From assembly GCA_951406725.2 (NCBI GenBank), contig OX597816.1:92876001-92940000 (forward strand): a DNA stretch of 64,000 bases, in the 5' to 3' direction. This stretch comes from Octopus vulgaris (Eukaryota). Under the pieces are notes generated by a model. The model ran no database searches. It saw nothing but the letters and a program-made list of their open reading frames with translations, and had not been told where the DNA came from. Shown one piece after another: positions 1 through 13,649 of this stretch; position 1 is the stretch's first letter; each line of letters starts with the position of its first letter. The position numbers and the translations under genes were made by a program.

Positions 1-1122
1 CAAAGCAAAATTTATCAATGAGTTCAAGCAAAGAATTTAGTGTTCAATTAAGTGTCCATCAGGGCTTGGCTCTCAGCCATCCAATTCATTATAATTCTCC
101 TAGCCACAACAGACAAATTTCATGTCTAGGTATCTTTGATAATTCCTGTAAGCCACTATCCTAGTTTTATCAACTAAATCAGTTAAAAAGTAAAAGGAAA
201 TGTTCCAGATATGAAAGGGGAGAACCAGGAAGTCTAAACGTAAAATGAGCAAAAATAAAACTTAGCTGAGAAAAAAAAATGCAAAACACCTGCTAATACC
301 TGGGAAAATAGCTGTGCTTGATATGTAGAAAAGATATTGGCAGTGATTTTATACTGTGTGCCCTGATTAAACTATAAATGCCTAAGAGATTCAGTGGAGC
401 CTCAGATAGGTTGAAAGAGAATGATTTTATATGTAATAGGTACAGAGGTGTAGTTAGCAATTTGAGCAACCTTGAAATTAATTCTTTCAAATACCCAGGA
501 TATTCCCTAAAAGTAGATATGGCTTCTGTTAACTGGGTGACTTATTCAACTATGAAGGTGATGTTCTAAACATGTAGCTAAAGAAAGGACAGAGTGGAAA
601 AAGTTGAGTCGCTTGTTGCCTCTGCTTCCAATGAATGTATTTTTCTCTGAGTGAAAGGCAAATTGTATGATACTTGAGCACAAAATATTATTTAGTATGG
701 TAGCACAACATGGCTAATTAATGGGGAGGATGTGCGAAGGCAGCAAATAAATGAAGCAAGCATGCTCCTCTGGATGTATAATGTTAGTGCATGAATGGTG
801 GAGCACAAGTGAGCAAAAGGAAATACTAAGACTAGGTATAAGAGAAATCAGATGTAGTGTGCAAGAAAGGAGACTGTACTGGTTCGGCCAAGGAATGGAA
901 AGGAAGGGTGACAGTTAGGTAAAGGAGTCCCAAATGGAATGAACCTGCAAAAGATGAAGACCAAGGAAGATATGAAAGACATAGTGAAAACTGATCTTCA
1001 AATGTTGAACCTCATTAAGAGGACACTGATTGATTACAATAAGCAGTGAAACACTGTGTTGGAAAATACCCATGCAACTCATACAAAAATGGTAAAACAG
1101 ATGAAAAATATTGATGATGATG
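1..1122 (+). mobile_element. Degenerate RTE-clade LINE, 3' part (RT remnant, Cys-rich insert, C-terminus, (GAT)n tail)
   Basis: Interrupted frames read SKEFSVQLSVHQGLALS (about VGVHQGSVLSP), LCLICRKDIGSDFILC...KRFSG...DFICNR and EASMLLWMYNVS. This is the same family as 20221-20697 and ends in gatgatgatg at about 1113-1122. Confidence 0.8.
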
Positions 1123-1344
1123 TATTTTCTAGTGTTAGAGAGATAGGCTAGTCATTGGGAGGTAATTTTGGTTATGTTATAGCTGTATTGTCACTGTATA
1201 AGGTTATCAGATGTTGTGTAAATGCAGTGATTCAATCATTTTTATTTCACAGCACACTGGAAATCAAACAAAATTACTGTCACACGTGGCATGGATGATT
1301 AAAATTTATATTGCTACACTTTGCATGAGAAATTAAAAATTATA

Positions 1345-1551
1345 CAAGGAGGTGCTGAAAAGTTCCTGGCTTTAAGGATATTGTGAAAGGCCTGGTTGGG
1401 GGCCTGACCTTCTGAGTTCTTTTACAGAGTTTAGAAAAACTGAAGGACCACCATAATGAGTGTGTAAGCCTAGAGGGGAACAAAATCATAATTAACTGGT
1501 CTACCTCTGTTTTCTTATATGCAAAGCTAGGAACTTTTTAGCACCACCTTG
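1345..1551 (+). mobile_element. Mariner-derived MITE
   Basis: TA flanks on both sides. TIRs are caaggaggtgctgaaaagttcctggcttt and aaagctaggaactttttagcaccaccttg. The interior encodes a mariner C-terminus-like remnant, LEKLKDHHNECVSLEG. Confidence 0.8.
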
Positions 1552-2919
1552 TACTTCCACACTGCATGCAAAGTTAAAATTATACTTCTACACTTTTCAT
1601 GGAAAGTTGAAAGTTACTGACATATTTTACATGTAAATTTACAAATAAACTGTGTTTTGAAGTTAAAAATACAAAAAATAAATTAGTTTACCTTGTTTGA
1701 TTAATTACAGTTGTGTATAACAAAACATAACTTGTTTTGAAGATACTCAGCTATTTGTATCAATTTTCATGTCTTAAATGATATTCTTGAAAATCTACTG
1801 CACACCTAAATTCCTTTTGAATATTACCATTGCACAACTATGCATCATTGCATAGCAGTGTACCATCACACTGAATTGAACCAATGTAGTCAGGCACATC
1901 ATTTGAAAACCTCTATAGTGTCTCTTGACAGTATCTTAGCACTGATGGAAAAAATGAGACTGTCACTCTCCCTTAACAAATGTTTGTAAGTTCTCTATTC
2001 ACAGAAGTATCATGTGCCAAAGATATATGAAAATGATATAAATATTAGTACAATGTTATTACATATATAGTCTAATCACTTAGTATTAATGCAACATTGA
2101 TCTCAAAGGAGGTGAATATAATTAATGATTAACAATGATTGAAGGGTGATCAATGATACATATGAGTTAGATGGAAGGCAGGGGAGAGAAGGTGATGACC
2201 GGCAGTGCAGAAATGGAGATGATGTGTAGGTGCATAGGTTTCAAGCATGTAGGGGAAGAGATAGATGTAGTATGGGGAGAGAGAGTGATTTATTGCACTG
2301 GGGAGAGAGAGAGAGAGAGAGAGAGGGGAGAGAGAGAGAGAAAGAGATAATTTGGTTGGTAGAACAGAAGAGTGATCAATGTAAAATGTGAGTGGAGGGA
2401 GACAATGATGAGAATGAAGGATGAATGTGAAGTGTAGTGGTTCTGTATAGTGAGAAATACAACTCATCTCATAGAAACAGATAATGATGAAAAATGTAGT
2501 TCTGCATTCTGCTTTCAATTAATTACAGCAGCAGATATGTGCGAATATATGTCCCCCCCCCCCACTCTCTCTCTCTCTCACACACACACATACACAAATA
2601 TATACTGATGCATTGGCAGTGTTTATCTACTAAATTTCAGTCACAAGGTATTGCTCACCCTGAAGTTAGTACAGAAATACTTGCTCATGGCTCTGCACAA
2701 AAATGAGGTACAATCTCATATCAGGGGACTTCCAGACAAGATCTTTGACTATGCAGCGATGCCTGGTAAAATTATCAAAAGTAATTCAAAGATGATTAAT
2801 TTTATGAACGAAATGCGACATTTGTTTATATCATGCCTCAATTCACTTCTATACATTTTAAACATTTAACAGAACCATGAGGAATACAGATTCAGATGGG
2901 ATTGTGTTTTGAATAATAA

Positions 2920-3277
2920 CACTCAATAACTGTTGGTACGTAAAATGCACCCTTCAAACATTGGGCCTCGCAGAGGCAATGATAAGCAACTGAGATCTTT
3001 GGCAATATGCTGTGCTTGAGAAAACCTTTCAAGCCGAGTGAAATCGCAGTTGTGATTGATGTTGGTGTTATGTAACCGGTACCCATGTAGGGGGCACATA
3101 AAAAGCACCCATTACACTCTTGGAGTGACTGGTGTTAGGAAGGGCATCCAGCCATAGAAACCATGCCAAATCAGATTGGAACCTGGTGCAGCTCTTCAAC
3201 TTACCAGCTTTCTAACCCATGCTGGCATGGAAAACAAATGCTAAATGATGATGAGGATAATGATGATGATGATGATG
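2920..3277 (+). mobile_element. RTE LINE 3'UTR/tail fragment
   Basis: ggcacataaaaagcaccc...aggaagggcatccagc...catgctggcatggaaaac...(GAT)n, homologous to the 3'UTR at 19625-19830. Confidence 0.75.
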
Positions 3278-3489
3278 GGTGTTGTTTGCCTGAGGGTATG
3301 TTAATGTTACACCACCTTAAAGTTTGCTACTTATGCAATGAAAGCAGCTTTATTTCATTTGAATTTCATAAATATTAGTGAAAATAAGTTTTATAGGCTA
3401 CAAATCAGAAATTTAAAAAAACATTAAGAGGTAATATGATAAATTTGTCATGTAATGCAGACTGGACATGAAGGAGTTATCATATTTCT

Positions 3490-3895
3490 TATCTTTTGCT
3501 TGCTTCAATCATTAGACTGTGACCATGCTGGGGCAACACCTTGAAGAATTTTAGTAGAATAAATTGACTCCAGTATGTATTTTTTTTTTAAGCCTAGTAC
3601 TTATTTTATCAGTCTCTTTCTGCTTAATTACTAAGTTATGGTGACACAAACACTGGTTTCAAACCAAGGTGGAGGACAAACACAGACAGAAACACATGCG
3701 CGCACGCACACACTCGCACACACACACACATGCATGCATACACACAGACACACATGACAGGATTCTTTCAGTTTCTGCCTACCAAATCTCCTCACAGTGG
3801 ATAGAAGACACTTAACAAAGGTATCACACAGTAAGACTGAATCTGGAACCATATGGTTGGGAATCAAGTTTCTCACCACACAGCTACACCTGTGT
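3490..3895 (-). mobile_element. tRNA-derived CORE-like SINE with internal (CA)n tract
   Basis: Reverse complement aligns with the copy at 26391-26805. Confidence 0.75.
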
Positions 3896-5897
3896 CTATA
3901 CATGTAGATATCTGATTATCTAAGTCAAATGTGTTGGTTTTAAAAACTCAAAATCATCCTAGTAATTGTTATATCAGTGTTTAAGAAAAGAAAAATTAAA
4001 GTGTAGCTCCAACATTGCCTTGGTTGCGATGTCTAGAAAAAACTAAAGAACATTATGTGAATAGTGCAATCAGTGTGAGTTCAATAAGAATAAAGGGAAA
4101 CAATGTAGGAACGAACTGTCTTTTTAAGTGTATTGTTTTGATGGACAAAATGGAAACCGAAGGACATACAGCTTCAATATGGATGAAGCAGGGGTTTACC
4201 ATGTTTATCCAGAGTATCCTGGGTAGTATAGTAGCAAACATGTAAATACTAAAAAAATTTAGAAACAAGAATCAAATTTAATCATATGATATCTGGTCTG
4301 TGTTTTTTTTTTCTGCAGATGCATAAACTTTTCTACCAATCCAATATGTACACACACTTTTAGAATGAACAAAATGGCTGTATGATAAGTGAAATAACTC
4401 TGATAATTTGTTATTCTGTAAATGCATTGTAGCAAAATACAAATTAAGCAAAGACCTTTTTATGATTTAATATCATTAATATATTATATGATTTGAATAA
4501 AGTGCAAATATAGCCTTCAGTCATAGGTGTATATTGGATTTCCTTAGTAAATTATAGTAATAAGCAATACACAGTATCTATAGCATAATTTTTTTTTCTG
4601 AGTGTGGTGTGGAGGTATTTTTTAGCAAAGTGCAACTGTATGATGTGTGAGTATGAGAAGTAGTCTCCTAAATGTCTGAGATATATCAAAATTCAACATT
4701 TTCTAATATATATTATTAAGCATCCCTACAGAAAACCTAAGAAGGTAAAAACTAATAGATCAACCAAAGATGTATCAATTTGAAGTAAAAAGAGAAAATA
4801 TACAATAGAAACTAGTAGCTGCTATTAGTCTCAGAAGATGCTTGCATGAATGAGAAGAAAATTAATTCTACTTGCAGTGTAAGTCTCTTATTCAAATAAT
4901 AAGCTGTTGGTAAATAAAGGCTTTTGTGCCAGCAAAGTGTGTTCTACATACTAATTTAATCTCAAACGAAGTAGATACATCATGACTTTAACAAGAGGTA
5001 ATTACTTAACTTCTGTCAATATCTTATAGCAAATTCCCAATCTGTCTTGTAGAGAGAACTCTTCGATACAGATTTATCTGACTTTTGCAAGGTCACTTTA
5101 CCAACAACAATTATCATTTATCTTAATCATAAGTCCAGGGTAGATTTCTAATTAGAAAATATCTTCTGGTTTTACTTTAGAGACATGAAATGAATTTGTT
5201 GAACACAAAATGCAAACAAATACAAACTGTAATATCAATTCATGCAAAGTAAGAAGCTTCAGGAAATGCTACATGAAGAATTATAGCTTAGAATTCTTTG
5301 AATCTTTATTACTTTGAAACTTAAGTTAACTGAAACAATCATTTCCCATCAATCTGGCATTCAAGAGATTGGATTAAAAAGAATCAAAATTATCTTATGA
5401 AATGCTAACCATTAATTATCATTATTTTTATTTGATGGCAGCAGCAAGGACATGGAAATTAAATAACTAATTAACAAAAAACATATAGAGTAAACCAACA
5501 AATAGTTTGATGCCAGCAGCAATCAGTAATTTCAAAGTTTTCCTAAATGTAAGCTGTTAATTATCAAAAATAGACAGTTCTCAGGGCAAAATATAATTAA
5601 ACTAACCAAAAAGAATCGGTTTAAATAACATTTTTTTGCATAAAAAATTATTTTAAAGTCATTTTAGTGAAGCTGTACTCAAAATGTATCGCATGCCACA
5701 TCAGAGCAAGACTGGCACACTACAATTATAACCTGAAAATTCTGCTAATATTAGACAGGAAAATGAGTTGCAGCAGGTCAGGGTTATATAGCATATACAG
5801 TCAAGGGTTTATAATTTCTTGAAAGTTTTCGTTTTCCTGTTGTATCATTATCCTGTTGAAACCAGTTTGTATATTAGATAGAATAGACATAAACATA

Positions 5898-6337
5898 ATA
5901 GGCTGTGTTGTTATGAAGTTTTTTCTCAGCCACATAGTTTTGGGTTCAGTCCCACTTCATGGCATCTTGGGCATGTGTTTTCTATTATTGCCCTTGATTG
6001 ACCAAAAGTCTTGGAAGTGGATTCGGTTGGTGAAAACTAAAAGAGACCTGTCATATATGTATGTGAATGCATGTATATATAGGTGTGTGTGTGTTACTGT
6101 CTCCTTATCTTGACCTTGTACCATAGTTGTTATGAGTGTCATCATTATACAAGTGGTATCCATTGTCTCCACTATTCTATACAAACCAGTACAGGTATGA
6201 GGAAATATTATCTTGCTTGGAAGCAAATGAGGGTTGGTGACAGTAAGGGTAACTGGCCATGCAAAATCTGCCTCAATAAATTCCATCTGCTCCATATAAG
6301 CACAGAAAAGGAAACATTAAATGAGGATGATGATGAT
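5898..6337 (+). mobile_element. CORE-like SINE head with RTE-type (GAT)n tail
   Basis: ggctgtgttgttatgaag...gggttcagtcccact..ggcatcttgggca head; tail gagggttggtgacagtaaggg...aacattaaatgaggatgatgat. Confidence 0.7.
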
Positions 6338-6394
6338 AATGAAATGGTTAAGATGAAAATTTCACCTGGATATATAACTATGGTAGTACAGAAT

Positions 6395-6590
6395 GTATTT
6401 GTTTCAAACTTTGTTACAAGGCCAGCAGAAATTTTAGGGGAAAGGAGATGATTGATTACATTGACCTCAGTACTTGACTGGTACTTTATTTTATCAACTC
6501 CAAAAGAATGAAAGGCAAGGTAGGTGGATGTAGACTCAAAATGGAAAGAGCTGGAACAACATGCTGAAAACTCTGCCAGCTTGCTAGCAC
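6395..6590 (-). mobile_element. SINE with conserved ttgcctttcat(c)ctt...gataaa.taaagtaccag domain (MetaSINE-like)
   Basis: Reverse-strand match to 22466-22701. Confidence 0.6.
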
Positions 6591-7672
6591 AAGTAATCTC
6601 CTCACAAAGTGATTGATTTACCCTACATTCTGTGTTTAAATCTGACCAGGAGTGATTGTGGCTTTCCAACAACTTGAAAGTACAACTTGAGAGTACAAAA
6701 ACTAAGGGCCATTAACCTGCTAATCAACATAATCAGCCAAAAATTGGTTGTGTAAAAAGAAATCAATATTTATATATTGATAATTGGCTTTTAAACTGGA
6801 AATAAAAATATTGTGTGCAAAAATAAATTTAAATTTGTTTTCTTTTTATTTACCCTATTTTTGTTCCACTCTTTTGTTTCTGCTTTTTTTTTATTGTTAA
6901 GCTTTCAATTTGCCTTTATGTTAATATTTGGGTAATGTCCAGCCACCCCCATCAACTATATTGTAACAGGAGGCAGAATAAAACCTTTACTGAAATAAAG
7001 CTAAAAGATATTGAATGCACAGTAAGATACTGAGAGACAGACATTATTTTAATGTAGTTTTGATTGCTTTAATAACACCTAAGTATTGAAGCTGTCTAGA
7101 ATTATGTGGCAACGATCAAATTTGGGATAATACCAGAAAATTTCAACTTCCTGAAAATATCAAATTTCATTTGAAACTAGAAGTCCCCCCAAAATTTGAC
7201 ACCAAAGGTTTTAATTAAAATGTACCGAACAAGATATGAATATTATTAAAGATGAAGTATAAATTGAAATGGCAGAAAATCTAAAAACCATTCGCAATCA
7301 GATAATTGCTGTCTTCACTAAGTGTGATGGTAGAAAGCTAGTGTTCAAAGATTAATATAGAAGTTGTAGAGAAATTGATGCAATTATCTGCCATAATGAT
7401 TTGATCCTTTTATGCTCGCAGTAAATGTGATAAAATTGCCTCTTCCTCAGATATAGCTGACAACAACAACTTTATTGAATTAACATGCTTGCATCTCTTC
7501 TAACATTTATCTCTAATCTCTACTTGTCAATTATTTTTCAATTATCTTCTTTCAATGCCTCAATTTTTAGAATCTATATAATTTTAGTATTTAAATGCAA
7601 AATGTGTTATTTCTATTCAGTGCAGTGCAGATATTTGAACCCACGCATGCAAATGCATGTTAATATATGTGC

Positions 7673-7728
<56 letters not shown>

Positions 7729-7791
7729 CTATACCTGTATGTATATATGTGTGTGTCTGTGTCTGTGCGTGTGTATATATTTATACATACA

Positions 7792-7827
<36 letters not shown>

Positions 7828-8607
7828 TACACATGGGTCATCTCAGTCTGAGTTCTTATTCAGTGTTACTACCTTCCAAGACATATCTGATGACCACATC
7901 TCATGCATATATTTCACTCATACATCACAGTCATATGTCTCACTATGGGTATGATTTCTACACCTGGCTGCTTTTAGTAACACCAATTGCTTCACAGAAA
8001 GTACAAAGTGCATTTTCTCTTGGCACCAGATCCAGTGAAGTTGTCATGCCCTTGACAGTTCTATAATGTCTCTATTTGATTTTGCCAACTGTTTTACAGA
8101 GTGTGCAGGAGGCATTTTATCATGACACCTACTCTCATGAAGCCACCTTGTAACTCACAAGACTATAAAGGCCCCACTATTCTGAAAGGGAAAATAGAGT
8201 AGAGGAGGGAGATGACATAAGCTGAGCTGAAGGTGAGATGTTGAGGATGGCTAAAGTATAAGAGAAGGAACAGCTTTATTGGCGTAAGAGAGTAGTAGTG
8301 AGAAAAGTAACAAGAGAGACAGTGCTGAGGGTGTGGTGGAAGGGAAACAATAGTGCTAAGTATAAGTGGGAGAGAAAAGGAAGAAGAGACAATGATAAGG
8401 ATATTAGAAAGGAGCAAGAGAGGGAAGGTCCTATGAGCTGATGCTTGATAGGAAGAGAGAAAATGTGGGGATTGCTAAGGAAGCAGAGCAGCCATGAGGA
8501 GTTGATCGGTGAAGGAACGGGAGGCAGAAGGGAGTTGCAGAGACAGGTAGATGTGGTGGAAGAACGTTACAAGAGTATCGCAGCTACTTTCAGTACCACT
8601 GTTTTAA

Positions 8608-8828
8608 CCCTTTAGCATTCAGATTTCTCAGTCAAATGTAATGCTTATTTATTCACATCAATAAAAATTTGCTATGCATTACTTTGTAGCTTTGAGATTT
8701 CAATGACGTAATTGTCTAATTTTAGAATAAAATTGTAAAGTAAGTGTGAGAGATTGGAGCTGGCCAGTTTGAAGATAAAAACAGGTAGATTATTTTGGCT
8801 GGATATGGTTGGTTTAGATGCTAAAGTG
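8608..8828. mobile_element. piggyBac-type MITE
   Basis: TTAA at 8604-8607 and 8829-8832; termini ccctttagcat and atgctaaagtg. Confidence 0.8.
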
Positions 8829-9195
8829 TTAAACATTCTCTTTGCTTTCCTTGCCCAAAAGTACAGGTCTTCTCCTATACTACAGGTTGTCAATCAACAC
8901 AGTCTTTCATTGTCTCCTTGGGATCAATTTCATCTTTGGTTTTCCTCTTTCACAAATTCCATTCCCTTTGGGCACTCAACACTTCTTTACACACTTGTCT
9001 TCTTCCATAAGCATCATATGGTTGTACTAGTACAATCATCTTGTACACTGCATCTTATTCCTCTTATGTTTAGTTTTCTCTCAAATCATTTGTTGTCCAA
9101 CATTCATAATGACAATTACTACACATTCTGTGGAGCATACGTATTTTATTTCTTCCAAATCTTCCATAGCCATAATCCTCATCTTCATCATATTA

Positions 9196-9249
<54 letters not shown>

Positions 9250-9618
9250 CAAGGGATACATCTAAACTAGTTATGCAGTAACCCATCCATGAAGGATTGA
9301 TGCTGGATTGATTGAAGTGATTGTAGTGATCAATAAAGATTCTTGTATCTTCCATCTTCCATCTGTGTAATTACACACACACACACACATATACACTCAC
9401 ACACTTATATATACACACATATACATACACACACCTATACACACACAAACACATCATGATTTCACTTAAGCATAGCAACCTACTTTTAGAAATTAATATA
9501 CATATTCAATATTCTAAGCCTATCCATGTCATACTACACTGGTTACTTGAGTAGAGTATGGTACAAATTCTGAGCCCAATCTTTGGTTATGTGTTGAACT
9601 TCACAATGCCATTATTTG

Positions 9619-9651
<33 letters not shown>

Positions 9652-9654
<3 letters not shown>

Positions 9655-9963
9655 TCGGACATTTATTTTCAATCACTACAATTTTTTCTACACAATGTAG
9701 TTCTCCAGGTGTCCAGGTACATGCTAATGCAACCATTTCCCTGCATTATTAGATCTAGTTGTGTTTCTTCAGGCAATATGTAAATATTAGCTCTGTGAGT
9801 TGAAATTCTTGGCTTCAAGAGCATCCTCTCTCAGAGAATCACTTGAGGAAACAGAACTAGATCCCATAATGCAAGGAAACATTTGCATAATCAAGTACTT
9901 GCACATCTGGAGAACTATGTTGCATAGAAACAATTGTAGTGATTGAAAGAAAATGTCCAACTG
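9652..9963. mobile_element. Fold-back MITE with ~125-bp imperfect TIRs (TA-targeting, Tc1/mariner/pogo-type)
   Basis: tggtcggacatttattttcaatcactacaatt... mirrors ...aattgtagtgattgaaagaaaatgtccaactg. TA on both sides, with a short spacer at about 9778-9837. Confidence 0.8.
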
Positions 9964-11257
9964 TACTCCTCTGTGACTCCAAATTTTTTCAATTATATAT
10001 ATATGTATATATATCTAAAGCAATTCAGGAGCCAAGAGTGCATGCATTTGTAATACATAAATGATAAATAGCTGTCTGTCTCTTCTGCTCTTCCACGTTT
10101 TCTTTTGTTTTTCACACCACAGAAGACAGAGCATTATGTTTTTCAGCATTAAGAAACTATTTCATGTATAGTTAAAAACCATTTCTGCTTTTTTGCTTCC
10201 TGATATTTTTAATTCACCTTGGTCATTACATTAAAATTTTCTGAGATACCAATACACTTTAGATTTACTAAATTTTGACACAAGTTTTAATTTCTATTTT
10301 CATTCCCCTATTTATAGTCCGACTAAAAAATATTCAAATCTGGTGTGATTATTTACTTTTTTGATTTTTGTTCAGAGAATATAAAAAGCGCAATAATCAA
10401 AATTGGAATAGTCTGCTATTCAAACTGCAAAACAAGTAGAAATCCAACAGGAATCATAGAAAAATATCAAAAATATAACAAAGAAAGTTTTATTCCCAAA
10501 ATTATTAGAATAATTTTGAAATGGTTTAAACAAAATTTTAAAAATAAAGAAAATTGTAATCATTATTTTTTGCTATAATATTTCAGAATAATTGAGAGTT
10601 AAGAAAGAGAGAAATGTTGTAACATTTGGAAGGTAGTCTAAAAATGGGAATATGAGACAGAGTTACAATAGATTCCTATTCTAGACAAAAATGATATAAA
10701 ACTGGAAATGAAAGTAGTGTTTTTAATTATCAATCAGAATGAGACTTAGAATGTCATGACACTGTTTCTCTTCATCAGACGTAATCTGTGCGTGTTTGTG
10801 TGTCTGTGTATGCTATGTATGTGTGTGTGTGTGTGTGTGTGTGTATGTCTGTGTGTGCATGTGTGTGTGCATGTATGTATATATGTGTGTGTGTGAAAAT
10901 TCCTGGCATTGAAAGATAAATCTGAAATGCCTGTAATAGACTTTCACATCTGGCAGTAAAGTATTTCAAAGTTTGCTGTTTTGCGGGTGTATGGAAGGTG
11001 CATTCCTCTCTACAAAGCTGCAAGCTGCAATGTTTTAAATGTGCATCATCATCATACAAGTGAGGTTACTTCTTTCCAGTCTCCCATGAAAAACATGTCT
11101 TGCCATGGGGAAATATAGCCATACCTGGAAACAAATGAGAGTTGATGATAGGAATGGCATCTAGCCATAGAAAAATCAATCTCCAAATTTTGACTGACCC
11201 GTGCAAGCATGGAAAAATGGACATTGAAATGATGATGATGGTCTAAATATAGGCACA

Positions 11258-11421
11258 AGCATGGCTATGTGTTTAAGAATTTCTTTTCCTTCTTTAAGTT
11301 ATTTTACGTTCAGCTTTATTGCACAGCCTCTTGGACAAATGTCTTATACTATAATACCAGGCCTGCCTAAATCTTGTGAGTGGAATTGAGTAGAAGCCCA
11401 TCAAATATATATATCATCATT

Positions 11422-11462
<41 letters not shown>

Positions 11463-11925
11463 TTATCATCTGCTTTCCATGCTAGCATGGGTTAGATGGT
11501 TTGACTGGAACTGGTAAGGTGGAGAGCTGCACCGGGTTCCAGTCTGATTTGGCATGGTTTCTATGGTTGGATGCTCTTCCTAATGCCAATCACTCCAAGA
11601 GTGTAATGGGTGCCTTTTACATGCCACCAGCATGGTACCAGCAACAGCCATGACTACTATTTCACAGGTGACATATATACACACACACATGTATATGCAT
11701 AATGTATATATATGTATGTACATGTGAGTGTGTGCATGCCTTTGTGTTTGTCACCTCGCCACTTGACAAATATTAGCTTGTTTATGTCATCATAAATGGG
11801 CAATTTGACTAAGGAGACTGGTAGAAACACAATTATTGTGGTTGTTTTGCTCAACTAAACCCCATCTAGGAGGTGCTTCTGTATGGCTGCTGTCCAGTGA
11901 CAGAAATGAGTAATAAAATAAAAGA
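11258..11925 (+). mobile_element. CORE-like SINE with an RTE 3' tail (minus, ~11413-11650) inserted in its internal microsatellite
   Basis: SINE head to agaagcccatc at about 11402, then (CAT)n-started RTE tail, then SINE 3' half ending gagtaataaaataaaag. Confidence 0.65.
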
Positions 11926-11944
11926 ACTGATGTTTAATACATAA

Positions 11945-12460
11945 ATATTGGTTTCAAAGTTTGGCACAGGGTCAGTAATTTTGGAGGAAGGGATGAGTTG
12001 ATTACATCGACCCCAGTGTTGAACTGGTACTTATTTTATCAACCCCAAAAGGATGAAAGGCACAGTCGACCATTGCAGAATTTGAACTTACAACATAAAA
12101 ATGTCACTAAGCATTTTAGCCAGTGTGCTAAACTTAACATATAATATTGGTTTCAGATTTTGGCACAAGACCAGCAAGCGTGGGTAGAGGAGTTAAGCTG
12201 ATCACATTTGTCCCCAGTGCTCAACTGGTACTTATTTTTTTGGACCCTGAAAGGATGAAAGGCAAAGTTGAACTCAGCAAAATTTGAACTCAGAATGTAA
12301 AGATTCAACACTCGGAAGGGCAACCAACCATACAAATTATGCTAAATCAGATTGGAACTTGGTACAGCTCTCCAGCTTACCAGTTTCATTCAACCCATAT
12401 AACCCATGCCAGCATGGAAAACAGACGCTAAATGATGATGATGATGATGATGATGATGAT
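11945..12460. mobile_element. Two tandem MetaSINE-like fragments (minus) followed by an RTE tail (plus, ~12312-12460)
   Basis: Repeated atattggtttca(a/g)a.tttggcaca...aactggtacttatttt...aaggatgaaaggca; then ggaagggca...catggaaaacagacgctaaat(GAT)n. Confidence 0.65.
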
Positions 12461-12807
12461 GTAAAGATGGACAATATGTAGCTAAGCATTTTGCCCTGCA
12501 TGCTAAACTTAACATATAAATATTAATAACAAAAAAACAAAAAAACATCCAACTCTATGTAAATACCTAAGGTAACTCTTTTAGAGAGGAAAAATGAGTT
12601 TGTTCAATGCTGGTTGTTTAATGGGTTTGTTTAATGCATTATCAAAGCTGATTAAGATTAAACCCAGAACTGAAATTAGATTGAGGATCCAGCTCAGTGA
12701 GAGCCTACCACTAAAGTTTCTTGATTTCATAAAGACATTATTTCTTGGTTATGTTATCTTTTTCATTTCTTTGCTTATTCAGTATATTATTCTGCAATAA
12801 ATGTGCA

Positions 12808-13300
12808 GACATAACTATGTGATTAGTAGCTTGCTTTCCAGCCACATGATTTGGGGTTACAAACTGATCAAGCAACCTTTTGTATATAAGTGTGTGTGAG
12901 ACTCTGTGTGTGTATGTGTGTGCGTGTGTGTGTGTGCAGTTGTATATGTGTGAGACTGTGTGTGTGATAGTATGTATGGTTGTGTGTGTGTATGCATGTG
13001 TATGTGTGTGCATGTGTGTGTGTCTGTGTGTCTGTGTGTCTGTGTACATGTGTGTGACTGTTCATGTGTGTCATAGTCTCCATGCTAGTGGTGTCATGTG
13101 TTTACATCTTCCCCGAAAATGTCTGGTCATGGGGAAATATTACTAACTTGGAAACAGGTGAGGGTTGGCAACAGGAAGGGCATTTGGCCATAGAAAATCC
13201 ACCTCAACATACTCCATCTCACCTGTGTAAGCATGGAAAATATGCATTAAAATGATGATGCTGATGACGACGACAACGACGATGACGGCGATGATCATGA
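12808..13300 (+). mobile_element. CORE-like SINE with (TG)n interior and RTE-type tail
   Basis: Same organisation as 5898-6337. Confidence 0.6.
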
Positions 13301-13606
13301 TAATGATTTTACAGTAAAGATTGTACATAAATTATATTTAACCTCAGAATGTTTTCTTTCAAAGTATTTAGAAATAGATATAGATTATTCAACATTGTGG
13401 TGATATGCTAAAGCTATGTTGCAAGAATACAGTTAATGTTAGCAGCACAGAATACCTAATTATGTAACAAACAACTCACTCAATATTCTTTCTTTTGATA
13501 TTTATTGAAATACTTCATGTTTGATATTGCTTAAGAGAAATGTTCTTCATTTGATTTTATACATACATATATATATATATATTAATAAATGAATAATATA
13601 TTAATA

Positions 13607-13649
<43 letters not shown>

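Noticed and set aside
4015-4268. Overlapping 76-aa and 71-aa ORFs in non-microsatellite DNA
   Set aside because: No recognisable motif or clear splice signals; possibly an old transposon remnant.
7485-8066. ORFs rich in YI/CV/HT/MYVC (also at 14.3, 27.5, 35.6, 42.7, 44.4, 49.5, 51.1 and 59.5 kb)
   Set aside because: Translations of dinucleotide and tetranucleotide microsatellites.
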